A stretch of DNA of 64,000 nucleotides from Methanobacteriota archaeon (GCA_020347565.1 CP070732.1:1471508-1535507), one strand, 5' to 3'. Counted from the first letter of the stretch, positions 16,737 to 25,963 are shown. Numbers and translations are program-made. Notes: generated by a model not told the origin, from the letters alone.

Positions 16737-17377
16737 CCGAGCACCTCCTCCGCGGTGATGGGCATCGCGAAGCCATCCGTGAGCGTCCTCAGGCTGGAGA
16801 CGTGTAGTTCCTCGTCGCTCGACGCCGTTCCATCGACGACGATGTAGACATCGTAGTCTCTCATGAACGCGTCCCTCGCGGTCGACTCGCAGCACAGGTG
16901 GGTCATCACTCCGGTGATCACGATGCTCCCCGCCTTCGCGGAGCGCAGCTTCGAATCGAGGTCCGTGCCGACGAACGCGCTGTACCTTGTCTTCCTGATC
17001 ACGTCGTCGTTCTCTTCCGGCGTCAGCTCGTCGACAATTTCGGACATGGGATCTCCCAAGCGGAGCGAGTCGTTCCACCACTTGTCCATGACTCCTGCGG
17101 GCTCGTCGTCCAGCAGCGCGTGCTTCGTGAACATCAGAGGTCTGCCAATCCTTCTGAATGAGGCGGCTATCTGCTTGACGTTGTCAAGGATCGCACTGCC
17201 CATGGGTAGGTAGGCGTGCGAGGCCTTGTCCAGGAAGTACCTCTGCATGTCCACGACAAGGAGCGCCGAAAGCTCTGGCGAGAAGGAGTACCTCTCGTCC
17301 CTACGGGGGCTCCGGTACGGTTGGAGAAGCCTCATCCATTCGTCCGTCTTGTCTCCGGAATCGCCACAGACCATCAA
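16721..17377 (-). CDS. Isochorismatase-family cysteine hydrolase
   Basis: LLVVDMQRYF (Asp), IRKTRYSAF (Lys) and ITGVMTHLCCESTARDA (Cys) match the isochorismatase/nicotinamidase triad layout. It overlaps the downstream flavoprotein gene by 16 nt. Confidence 0.8.
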   Translation of the reverse strand: MMVCGDSGDKTDEWMRLLQPYRSPRRDERYSFSPELSALLVVDMQRYFLDKASHAYLPMGSAILDNVKQIAASFRRIGRPLMFTKHALLDDEPAGVMDKWWNDSLRLGDPMSEIVDELTPEENDDVIRKTRYSAFVGTDLDSKLRSAKAGSIVITGVMTHLCCESTARDAFMRDYDVYIVVDGTASSDEELHVSSLRTLTDGFAMPITAEEVLGWLGA

Positions 17378-17499
17378 GCCAGCCTCCCTGTCGTTTCCTG
17401 GTTTTAGAGGCTGGAAACACGCGAAAACAATGCCTCAGCAGTCCTGTGTGACCATGCCCATTGCGTCCGCCTATATTTGGCTTTTCGTGCGGAGGGGCT

Positions 17500-18783
17500 T
17501 CAAGAGTTCCCGGCCTGCTCCGACAGGGCGAACAGGAACTCGTCCCAGAGCGTGTCCTCTCCGAACGCCAGCTCGCCATAGTCGTACAGATGGCCGACGG
17601 CACACGTGTAGTAGATGCTGATGCCCATCGTGTCCATGCACGCGCCCGAGTCGCCAGTGACGAAATCGTAGTACACCACGACGCTCTCGACCATGTCAAC
17701 CACTCGCTGGGACACCTCAGCCATCTCAGGTATCTGCTCGGCGACGGCGATGGCGAACAGCCCAAGGTCTACGAACGGGTCGAGCTCTCCGAGATACTGT
17801 ATCTGCGGTGTCTTTCGTTCGGTCGTCTGAATCGTCGATTTCTGCGCGTTCTCCCCGACGTAGTCGAGCAGCATGGAAGCCATGTCATTGACGCCTTCCC
17901 GGACGAGCGTCTCCGCCTCCGACAGGTCGATCAGCGATAGCGATGCGTACGGATATCCGCCCACGCCCCTGCCCTCGCACTCAGAGTAGAACTCCATGAA
18001 CGAGTCCACCATAGTCTCGCCCAACGCGCGCGGCGACAGGTCCTCCAGCGCGTTGATGTCTTCGAGGAGCCACTCCCACTGGAAGCCGGGCCGCGCGATG
18101 GTCGTGATAGCTGCGACCATGTACTCAGAGAGGTTCCGGATCTCGTAGGCCACCTCGACGCCGGACATCAGACAAGCGTCGAAGTCGATGATCTTGAGTG
18201 CGTTCTCAGGGAGGACCGAATCGTATGCAGCCTCTATCGCGCCCGATATCTCGTCGATCGTGAGCCTGTCGTAGCTTCCATCAGGGAGAAGTGGCGAGCT
18301 CCAGTCTTCACATATGCCGTACCAGCTGGCGCCGTGGTCCCAGAGCACGAGCATGTAGTTCTCAGCCGGCGCGTTGACGACCGCCGTGGTGATCAAGTAC
18401 TCGAGCGTTTCGCCATCACCCATGTTCAACTCCCCGGGACAGCCGCCCGCGCACTCGCTGCAATCGCACTCGTGCGTGCCAGCTTCGAGGTATAGAGGCA
18501 CGTCTCCTTGCTCGATGAAGTACCAGTGCGTTCCCTCGGTGTACGTCATCGTATCCGCGAGCGCGACCAATTTGACGCGTTCCGTCGAGCCAACGGCAGC
18601 CATCTCGGCGAAATCCTCGATGATGTTCGTCTCGAGGTCGTTATCGCCGTCCATGTACACCATTATGGTCCATTCGGCTGAGTCTCCGTCCTGAGGTGCT
18701 ATGCCATCAGCAGCGGAAAACCCGGCGGGTACTGCAAGCACAAGAACGAGCGCGACGGCGAGGGCCGTTCGCGCGGAAGTCAA
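17500..18783 (-). CDS. Secreted clostripain-like cysteine peptidase (family C11)
   Basis: WTIMVYMDGDNDLE, LVLWDHGASW (His) and IIDFDACLMSG (Cys) are C11 hallmarks. The track start 18963 lies upstream of an AATATATA element (~18860). TTG 18783 gives a classical signal peptide (M)TSARTALAVALVLVLAVPAGFSAADG. The start is uncertain (18783, or ATG 18882). Confidence 0.7.
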   Translation of the reverse strand: MTSARTALAVALVLVLAVPAGFSAADGIAPQDGDSAEWTIMVYMDGDNDLETNIIEDFAEMAAVGSTERVKLVALADTMTYTEGTHWYFIEQGDVPLYLEAGTHECDCSECAGGCPGELNMGDGETLEYLITTAVVNAPAENYMLVLWDHGASWYGICEDWSSPLLPDGSYDRLTIDEISGAIEAAYDSVLPENALKIIDFDACLMSGVEVAYEIRNLSEYMVAAITTIARPGFQWEWLLEDINALEDLSPRALGETMVDSFMEFYSECEGRGVGGYPYASLSLIDLSEAETLVREGVNDMASMLLDYVGENAQKSTIQTTERKTPQIQYLGELDPFVDLGLFAIAVAEQIPEMAEVSQRVVDMVESVVVYYDFVTGDSGACMDTMGISIYYTCAVGHLYDYGELAFGEDTLWDEFLFALSEQAGNS

Positions 18784-19000
18784 GAATGTCAGTCTCTGCC
18801 CCCCCTGATTCGTTATGACTCCGCCGCCCCTACATATTGGTTTTGTCGTGATACTGACTATATATTGGACACAAGCGTTCATCGAGGTCACCCGCCAGCC
18901 ACCGGCGCTGGCGAGACAGCAGCGCTCAGTGCGCCAATCGGCACAATGATTATATCGTCTCATCCCGTGGACAAGGCCGGTTCAAACGGGAGGTTGGAAA

Positions 19001-19381
19001 TTGAGTGAAGAGTCGAAGACCTGCGAGCAGGATCCGTTCTGCGGGGTGAAGTCCGCGAAGGACCCGGCAAACGCAACTGATTTCGAGAAGAAGCATACAC
19101 CTGTGGTGAAGGCTCCGGACCAGGTGAAGAAGGGCGAGTTCTTCGACGTGACCGTGGAGGTCGGCAAGGTCGTGCCCCACCCGAACGAGGCAGGCCATTT
19201 CATACAGTGGATCGAGCTCTATTCGGGCGATACGTTCCTATCTCGGGTGGAGCTCACGCCTGTAATGACGGACGCCGTGGTGACGTTCCCCGTGCGCCTG
19301 GATCATGTGCACACGCTCAGAGCCGTCGCGAGGTGCAACCTTCACGGCGTATGGGAAGGACGCAAGGGCCTGAAGGAGTGA
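19001..19381 (+). CDS. sor: Superoxide reductase (1Fe-SOR / neelaredoxin-type)
   Basis: KKHTPVV, HPNEAGHFIQWIELY and CNLHGVWEG supply the 4His+Cys iron ligand pattern. TTG start with GGGAGGT 6 nt upstream. Confidence 0.85.
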   Translation: MSEESKTCEQDPFCGVKSAKDPANATDFEKKHTPVVKAPDQVKKGEFFDVTVEVGKVVPHPNEAGHFIQWIELYSGDTFLSRVELTPVMTDAVVTFPVRLDHVHTLRAVARCNLHGVWEGRKGLKE

Positions 19382-19456
19382 GCTCGGGTATCCTTCAACT
19401 CGCACAAACCCTTTTCTTCGTTCTTGTCGATTCACGACAGGCAAGGCGGTTCTCTC

Positions 19457-20641
19457 ATGGCCAGTCGTAGGCTGCCAGCGGCGGTGGAGCGTGATTTGCA
19501 CGCCTGCCTTCAATGCGGCTACTGCAACTTCGTATGTCCGATACAACTCAACCCTGGTCTCGGTTGGGAGTCGTACCGCGTCCGCGGCAAGATGTATCAT
19601 CTGAGGAGGTATGCCCATCCTGGGCTGCTGGAGCGCATCGCCGGTGACCGCGCGAAGATATCGCCCGAGTTTGTGGAGCGAGTATACAACTGCACTGCAT
19701 GCGGCTACTGTCAGGTCGCTTGCCACGTCGAGATCAAGTTCAACGACAGGTGGGAGGAGCTGAAGGAGTGGTTCGTGGAGAACGGCATCGGCCCTCTGGA
19801 GCGACACAAGGCCCTTCGCTCGCGGGTCATTGCGAAGCGAAACCCGTACGACGAGCCGCACGAGCGCAGAGCGGACTGGATACCGAGGAGCCATCACAAG
19901 CCGAAGCACCCCGAGGTGCTGTTCTTCGCGGGCTGCACCGCGAGCTACCGGCAGCAGAAGATTGCTGTGGACACGTTGCGCGTGCTCGACGCAGCAGGTG
20001 TGGAGTACGACATCCTCGGCACGGACGAGTGGTGTTGTGGCTCGCCCCTCATACGCACTGGACAGACGGACATCGTCGTCGACGAGGCGGACGGGTTGGT
20101 GAAGCACAACCTCTGGGAGATAGAGAAGCGAGGCATAGACACGGTCGTGACGGCGTGCGCAGGATGCTTCATGACGCTCAGTCACAACTACCCGATGTAC
20201 GCCGGGATGCACGATTTCAAGCTGTACCACATGACGCAGTTCATCGACCGGCTTATATCGCAGAAGAAGCTGACCTTGAAGAAGCCGCTGGCGGGAAGGG
20301 TCGCCTATCACGACCCCTGCCACATAGGTAGGCACTTCGGCATATTCGAGGAGCCGAGGCGTGTGCTGAAGGCCTTCCCCGAGTCCCGCTATCTCGAGAT
20401 GCCTCGGAATAGGCTTGACTCCCTGTGCTGCGGCGCCGGGGGCGGGTTCAAGATACAGTTCAACGACCGGGCGGAGCACATCGCCTCTCTGCGAGTCGAG
20501 GAGGCGAAGTCCGTCGGCGCCGATATGCTCGTGTCCGCCTGTCCGTTCTGCGTGACGAACCTCTCGCACGGTGCTAGGCGCGCAGGCATCGACATGCCTG
20601 TGGCGGAGATGGTTTCCCTCGTGGCAGATTCGGTGTCGTGA
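19457..20641 (+). CDS. HdrD/GlcF-like iron-sulfur protein (2x[4Fe-4S] + two CCG domains)
   Basis: CLQCGYCNFVCP and CTACGYCQVACH are followed by two Cys-rich CCG-type repeats (..EWCCGSP.., ..SLCCGAGGGF.., ..CPFC). ATG 19457 has AAGGCGGT 6 nt upstream; the track start is TTG 19424. Confidence 0.75.
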   Translation: MASRRLPAAVERDLHACLQCGYCNFVCPIQLNPGLGWESYRVRGKMYHLRRYAHPGLLERIAGDRAKISPEFVERVYNCTACGYCQVACHVEIKFNDRWEELKEWFVENGIGPLERHKALRSRVIAKRNPYDEPHERRADWIPRSHHKPKHPEVLFFAGCTASYRQQKIAVDTLRVLDAAGVEYDILGTDEWCCGSPLIRTGQTDIVVDEADGLVKHNLWEIEKRGIDTVVTACAGCFMTLSHNYPMYAGMHDFKLYHMTQFIDRLISQKKLTLKKPLAGRVAYHDPCHIGRHFGIFEEPRRVLKAFPESRYLEMPRNRLDSLCCGAGGGFKIQFNDRAEHIASLRVEEAKSVGADMLVSACPFCVTNLSHGARRAGIDMPVAEMVSLVADSVS

Positions 20642-20695
20642 GCGGCCGTTCTCGAAGGTATCTTATCGGTTCATGGATATCTTCCGGCGAGGCAG

Positions 20696-21745
20696 ATGCG
20701 CGTCCTCCCGTTGTTCAAGTTCACATCGAGGGCACGGACAACCAGCTGGATGATCGCCCTTTGCACGATGTTCGTAGTGGCGAGCTTCTCCGTCGTCGCT
20801 GGCCTGCAGCGATCGATGGACCTGCTGATGGAAAACTTCGAGGAGGAATACTTCATCCTCACTAAGCCCGGGGACACCTCTCCGCTCTTCTTCGAGGGCG
20901 AGGAGGTCACTTCCGTTGTGGCGGACGCCGCTCTGGGGGTGTTCGCGTTCGCGAAGGCGGAGCCCGCTGACGTATCGCTCACTGCCTTCACGATCTCGGG
21001 CGGCGGGTCTGTCCTTGGCGAGTCGTACGAGGTCGTGGGGAACGATACGCTCGCAGGCACCTCCCTCGATTTGGACGGTTACTTCACCCTCACGGCCGCC
21101 AGGTCGCAGCCTGCTGCCGTCGTGGGCGAGTTCTCATCGTCGGTTTTCCCTTCAGACTGGCTGCTCTGCAGCGACGAACTCATGACATCGATTACCGGCG
21201 CGGCGAACACCGAGCGCAACTTCGCCATAATCAGAACGCCCACAGAGGAGCAGGCCGACTCCTTGGAGCGACTCGGGTTCGTTCTGCAGCCGATGGTATC
21301 CGTGCTGGACTTCCTCGAAGCGGGTGTCGGAGAGATACGAACCGACGCGCTGTGGGTGCTGGCGCCTTCGTCCTTCGTCATCGCGGTCCTCGCCTACAGC
21401 TTCCTAGGGGCGGAGATGGCTGATAAGAGGCGGGAGATAGGCATACTCAAGATGATAGGTGCAAGCAGGCGGAGGATACTCGGCTACTCGATTGGCAACG
21501 CTCTTCTGATCACCGCCTATGGTGCAGCGCTCGGCCTCGCACTCGGCATCGTCCTCTCCTACGCCGTGGCTACCATGGCCTCTCACATGTTCGCTTCTGT
21601 GTTCGTGGTCGACATACGAGAGTCCGTACTGGCGCTCGCTTATCTGGCGACCATCGCTGCCGGTCTTGCTGGTACCATCCTCCCCGCCGTTAGAAGCACG
21701 TACTCTTCCCCGGTGAACGACCTGAGGGAGGTGAGACGATTCTGA
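20696..21745 (+). CDS. FtsX/MacB-type ABC permease-like membrane protein
   Basis: N-terminal TM, a ~200-aa extracytoplasmic domain, and a C-terminal FtsX module (ADKRREIGILKMIGASRRRILGYSIGNALLITAYGAALGLALGIVLSY + 2 more TMs). Confidence 0.7.
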   Translation: MRVLPLFKFTSRARTTSWMIALCTMFVVASFSVVAGLQRSMDLLMENFEEEYFILTKPGDTSPLFFEGEEVTSVVADAALGVFAFAKAEPADVSLTAFTISGGGSVLGESYEVVGNDTLAGTSLDLDGYFTLTAARSQPAAVVGEFSSSVFPSDWLLCSDELMTSITGAANTERNFAIIRTPTEEQADSLERLGFVLQPMVSVLDFLEAGVGEIRTDALWVLAPSSFVIAVLAYSFLGAEMADKRREIGILKMIGASRRRILGYSIGNALLITAYGAALGLALGIVLSYAVATMASHMFASVFVVDIRESVLALAYLATIAAGLAGTILPAVRSTYSSPVNDLREVRRF

Positions 21746-21747
21746 AC

Positions 21748-23763
21748 GTGCCGTTCATGAGGTACCGCGTGGTCGTAGTAGTCGCGCTCGCGATGATGTT
21801 ATTCACCGTCACCGCGTCGATATTGTCCGCCCTCCTTGCGGCGCCGTCGTCGTTCGCGGGTCAGGGAGACCATGTCGTTCTGTCTGCGGATGCTGCGACC
21901 ATCTTCTCGAGCCGCGTCGACGAGGCCCTCGTCCAGTCGCTGCTGTCCCAGGACGCGGTGACCGCCGCCTGGGCGGAGGTCGTCGCGCTCTCGGCGTGGA
22001 ACGGAAAGGCGTTCATCGTCCGTGGTATGAGCCTCGCTGGCGCGTCAACGAGTTTCCCGTTCTCCTCATTGGAGATCCAAGCGTCGTCGTCTCTGGAGAA
22101 CGGGAGGTCCGCCCTCATAGGCTCGAGGCTCCTGGACCGTCTCGAGATAGACGTGCCCTACACGTTGCCGCTCACCGGCAGCTACTCCTCGCGGGTCGAG
22201 TTCGTAGAGGCTGTGGGGTCGTTCGATAGCGGGACATATCTCGACGATGAGATGCTGGTGCATCTCGACGTCGCGCGGCACCTGTGCGGTATGCCGGAGG
22301 GCACCGCGTCCGCCATCGGCGTGGCGACGGACGACCCCGAGTGGCTCGCTGATGTCCTGGCTCCGGAGGGAGCGCGGTTCGCGCTCTTCGACGTGGGGAG
22401 TTCGAAAACGGCTGTCGTGATAGGCGAGGAGGTCACGGTGTCTGCGGAGGTGGCCAACTGGGGCTCCGAAGGGGGCGATGCGACGTTGCAGATCGGGGAG
22501 GGGTCTGCCATCTTGGACGAGATGACCGAGACCGTCGCTGCTTCAAGTACAGCGACGGTGACGAGCACGCTGACATTCAGCTCCTTGGGAACGCATACGA
22601 TCGATGTTCGTCTGATGGGAACGATGGCCATGCGATCGTCCCTGAACATATCCGTCGTCGAGCCGTTCTTGACCATCTCGGCCCCGTCGAGGGCGATCGT
22701 CGGCGCAGTCGTCGAGGCATCAGTGCTGACCCACGCCGGGGAGCCTGTGGCAGGAGCTGCGGTCGGCTACTCCGTCGGCGAAGACAGCGGTACGCTCTTG
22801 ACCGATGATGCGGGCAACGTCGGGATACCCGCAACGCATGCCGGGGAGATGACAATCACTGCATCAAGCCCAGGTCTCGACGGAGACACCGCCACGGTGG
22901 AGGTCGTCGACCTTTCGTCCTACCCAGACGATTTCCTGCCGGTTGTCAGGTCCTTTTCGATATCATCGGCCGTGGTCTCCGAGCAGGACGATGTCATCGT
23001 CAGCGTCGTCGTCGAGAACAACGGCGCCGTTGCGGGCTGGTACGAGCTTTCCATTTACGTGGACTCGTCCGAGCATTCCACTCTCAACCTATCCCTCGGT
23101 CCCGCTGGTATGCGCTCCGTACCCATTGTCCTGAACGGCCTGCGCGTCGGCTCGCACACGATCCGCGCAGGCACATACTCCCACGAGGTGATCGTCGAAC
23201 CGTGGTATGCCGACGAGCCCGACCTGGTTCAGCTCGTGATCAGGTACGGCGGTACAGGAACGCTCTCGTCGAGCTCCGCGATACCGATCTACCAGGCGGC
23301 GAAAGTCTCAGAGGGCAACATCGCCGTAGCGCTCTTCTCTATCGGCGCGATATCAGGGCTACTCTCTATGCTGGCCATCTCTGCCGTCTTCGCGAAGGAG
23401 GTCCACGAAGGAAGGGACACCCTCGGTATCCTGCGGACGCTCGGCGCCTCCAGCTCAAACATACGGAGGATGGTGCTCTTTCAGGCGTTCGCGGGCGCGC
23501 TCTCGGGATCAGCGATAGGCATCGCCGCCGGAATCGCCGCGGCGATATCGCTCGTGAGTTCGGGGGCGTTCCTCATCTTCGGCCACGAGATCGCCATCCA
23601 GATCGACGCGTCGCTTCTCGCCCCAATCGCTTTCGGCGCCGTGACGATAAGCGCGCTGAGCGCGCTGGCGTCGGCGGAGGCAGCTGTTCGCGAGACGCCG
23701 ATGGCGTCTATACGCAAGCTCGAACCCGATGTCGTCACCTCCGAGGACAGCGCAGGGAAGTAG
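21748..23763 (+). CDS. FtsX/MacB-type permease-like membrane protein with a ~480-aa extracytoplasmic insert
   Basis: N-terminal TM, then a long Ser/Thr/Val-rich beta-type region with CARDB/Ig-like stretches (VTVSAEVANWGSEGGDATLQ, VIVSVVVENNGAVAGWYELSIYVD), and a C-terminal FtsX module (KEVHEGRDTLGILRTLGASSSNIRRMVLFQAFAGAL..). It starts 2 nt after the previous stop (GTG 21748 or ATG 21757). Confidence 0.7.
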   Translation: MPFMRYRVVVVVALAMMLFTVTASILSALLAAPSSFAGQGDHVVLSADAATIFSSRVDEALVQSLLSQDAVTAAWAEVVALSAWNGKAFIVRGMSLAGASTSFPFSSLEIQASSSLENGRSALIGSRLLDRLEIDVPYTLPLTGSYSSRVEFVEAVGSFDSGTYLDDEMLVHLDVARHLCGMPEGTASAIGVATDDPEWLADVLAPEGARFALFDVGSSKTAVVIGEEVTVSAEVANWGSEGGDATLQIGEGSAILDEMTETVAASSTATVTSTLTFSSLGTHTIDVRLMGTMAMRSSLNISVVEPFLTISAPSRAIVGAVVEASVLTHAGEPVAGAAVGYSVGEDSGTLLTDDAGNVGIPATHAGEMTITASSPGLDGDTATVEVVDLSSYPDDFLPVVRSFSISSAVVSEQDDVIVSVVVENNGAVAGWYELSIYVDSSEHSTLNLSLGPAGMRSVPIVLNGLRVGSHTIRAGTYSHEVIVEPWYADEPDLVQLVIRYGGTGTLSSSSAIPIYQAAKVSEGNIAVALFSIGAISGLLSMLAISAVFAKEVHEGRDTLGILRTLGASSSNIRRMVLFQAFAGALSGSAIGIAAGIAAAISLVSSGAFLIFGHEIAIQIDASLLAPIAFGAVTISALSALASAEAAVRETPMASIRKLEPDVVTSEDSAGK

Positions 23764-23816
23764 CCCCCTGCCGGTGTGTACGTAGGTCGGGCAGTTCGCG
23801 TTCCCCAGCCGTGACG

Positions 23817-24692
23817 CTAGACGACCTCTATCCAGAGCTGGACGGGGTTCTCGCTGTAGACGTACATGTCGTGCCCCTCCTCCTGGATGTACAGCAGGAA
23901 CACCAGTCGGAACACACCCGGCTCGTTCAGGGAGAACGTAACGCTCTGGTTGACCGTGTCCCCTGAGGCCAAGGTGTAGTTGAAGCGCTGCTCCTGGGAC
24001 ACGGCAGTGAGGTTCGCGTGGTACGCGTAGAGCGTGAAAGTCCTGGCCCCATCCTCACCGTTGTGCATCTCGATCATGAGCGTGAGGTTGGTTCCGAGGG
24101 CATATGTCGTGTTTATGTCGGCACTGCCCGATTCGTCCGTCATCGCGTAGTATGTCCGCGAAGGGTACTCAGCGGTTATGATCAGGCCCAGGGATATCGC
24201 GGAGACGACCAAGGCGGTCCCCAGCATCGCGACGACGACCTTGTCGAGCTTGAACGGCTCCTCCCTGATATCCGTCTCGCGCTGCTCCGCCTCCTTCTCG
24301 TCGTAGCGGTCCGCCGGCCAGACGAAGAATTCCAAAGCGACGGCGCCGAGAGAGAACAGTATCATCGACAAGCGCGTCGTATCGGAGTTCAGCCCGATTG
24401 GCGTGAGCACGAGGAAGAGTCCCAGGAATATCACGACGAGTATGCTGAGGCCCATGCTCAGCACGAATTTTGCCTCCATAGAGGTGTTCTTCCAGAAGGT
24501 GAGGCGGACAAGTGCGAACCCGGGGATGAAGAACAGGTAGGGTAATCCGAATACGAGGGCGGCAGAGGTGCCCGGATAGGCCATGAGGACGATGGTGGCG
24601 AAGACGGAGTAAGCGCATATGGCTATCCTCTGGCCGTTGTGGCTGTCGAGGAACCGCACAACACTGCCCGTAAGCTCGGCTGTGTCCGCCAA
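23817..24692 (-). CDS. DUF1616-like archaeal membrane protein
   Basis: Four N-terminal TMs including the LFFIPGFALVRL segment (PGxAL pattern typical of DUF1616), a charged linker, a fifth TM, and a C-terminal beta-rich extracellular domain. Confidence 0.5.
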   Translation of the reverse strand: MADTAELTGSVVRFLDSHNGQRIAICAYSVFATIVLMAYPGTSAALVFGLPYLFFIPGFALVRLTFWKNTSMEAKFVLSMGLSILVVIFLGLFLVLTPIGLNSDTTRLSMILFSLGAVALEFFVWPADRYDEKEAEQRETDIREEPFKLDKVVVAMLGTALVVSAISLGLIITAEYPSRTYYAMTDESGSADINTTYALGTNLTLMIEMHNGEDGARTFTLYAYHANLTAVSQEQRFNYTLASGDTVNQSVTFSLNEPGVFRLVFLLYIQEEGHDMYVYSENPVQLWIEVV

Positions 24693-24753
24693 TCTCGTCC
24701 CCTCTGCGGGCTGTAAGGGCTATGGGATATATTTGTTTGCCCGGGTGCGGGGG

Positions 24754-24828
24754 CGCGCGCGTGCGACGGTCAGTACGTATCACGCTTCGTCCGCCCTCGC
24801 ACGCCCAGATGCGCTGCGCACGCGCGCG
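24754..24828. repeat. Perfect 12-bp inverted repeat (CGCGCGCGTGCG / CGCACGCGCGCG) with a 51-nt spacer in a divergent intergenic region
   Basis: Left arm 24754..24765, right arm 24817..24828, read directly. It lies between TATA-like elements facing the DUF1616 gene (24727..24734) and the zinc-ribbon gene (24837..24845). Confidence 0.7.
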
Positions 24829-24902
24829 TGAGCAATCTTTTTATGGAGCGAGTCCAATAGCTCACCAGTATCGTTGTCACACACCCCGAATGAGGTGTCG
24901 CT

Positions 24903-25748
24903 ATGTCCCCGAAGAAGAAAGCTGAGGAGGCTGCTTGCCCTGTCTGCGGAGAGTTGGTGAGCCTCGAAGTGCCGTCGTGCCCGAAGTGCGGCGCGATATT
25001 CGAGGAAGAAGAGGATGCACAGCCCTACCAAGAGGACGAGGGTGCGGAGTGCCCCATCTGCGGCCGGATCGTAAGCCTCGCGGTCTCAAGCTGCCCCTAT
25101 TGCGAAGCGGAATTCGATGAGGAGGAGGTAGTGGCGGTTTCCGAAGATGATTCCGCCGCGTGCCCCGTGTGCGGCAAGATGGTGAGCCTGACGGTCTCCT
25201 CATGCCCCAACTGCGGTGCGGAGTTCGAGGAGGAAGAAGTCGAGGAGATTATCGAGGTTGAGGAGAGGCTGGTCCCCGAGAAAGCGAGAGCCAAGGAGCC
25301 GGAACCGGAGTTCGCATTCGGCCTCACGACAAGCATAGCGAACCTTCGTGTGCTCGGGATCGCGTTCGTCATACTGGGGATAATGGGCGCGCAGGTCGCC
25401 CTCCTGATAGACTGGTACTGGACATGGGTGCCGCCCGTCGAGGACAACCTCGGTCTCTTCGTCGCGCTGCCGATAGTCGTATTGATGGTCGGACTGATGG
25501 TCTTCATGCTCGTCAAGAAGGCCATGTCGGGCGGCCGCAGGGTCTCCGAGAGAGTCCCCGGCATGTCGCTGTCGCTGTTCGTCTTCGGAATCCTCGCGCT
25601 AATAGCCATACTGCTCTGGAACCCAATAAACTCCGCACTCCGGGACGGCTCAGCAGGAGTTGCCGCCGGCTTCGTAGTGGTGCTCGTCGTCGGCATAGCG
25701 TTGGTGTTCATGGACATGCGCGCGTCCGGGGCAGGATCGGCGGCGTGA
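24903..25748 (+). CDS. Membrane protein with three tandem N-terminal zinc-ribbon repeats
   Basis: CPVCGELVSLEVPSCPKCGAIFEEEE, CPICGRIVSLAVSSCPYCEAEFDEEE and CPVCGKMVSLTVSSCPNCGAEFEEEE (residues 12-112), followed by four predicted TMs. Confidence 0.7.
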   Translation: MSPKKKAEEAACPVCGELVSLEVPSCPKCGAIFEEEEDAQPYQEDEGAECPICGRIVSLAVSSCPYCEAEFDEEEVVAVSEDDSAACPVCGKMVSLTVSSCPNCGAEFEEEEVEEIIEVEERLVPEKARAKEPEPEFAFGLTTSIANLRVLGIAFVILGIMGAQVALLIDWYWTWVPPVEDNLGLFVALPIVVLMVGLMVFMLVKKAMSGGRRVSERVPGMSLSLFVFGILALIAILLWNPINSALRDGSAGVAAGFVVVLVVGIALVFMDMRASGAGSAA

Positions 25749-25963
25749 GCGCCGGCGCCTCGTGGGACGCCGTTCCCTGAGCAGCGCCGGAGAATACCCA
25801 TGTCCCCGTGGTTGGCCAGCTGGCAAATAATTATATACCAATAACCCGATTAATTGAACTAGCGCGAAGGGATGGAACAGCACATGCTGGGAGCACGCTT
25901 CAGCATCATTACCATCTCTTCAGTGCTTCCACAGAAAGGCGTTACGAGGAGAGTGAGGCTCGC

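Noticed and set aside
16737-17081. 115-codon N-terminal extension of the TrxR-like ORF (track start 17081)
   Set aside because: The extension is Arg-rich and overlaps the isochorismatase gene in another frame. The Rossmann GxGxxG motif begins right after Met116 (16736).
19238-20569. 443-aa minus-strand ORF
   Set aside because: It is antisense to the HdrD-like gene, whose Cys motifs are unambiguous, and it has no motifs of its own.
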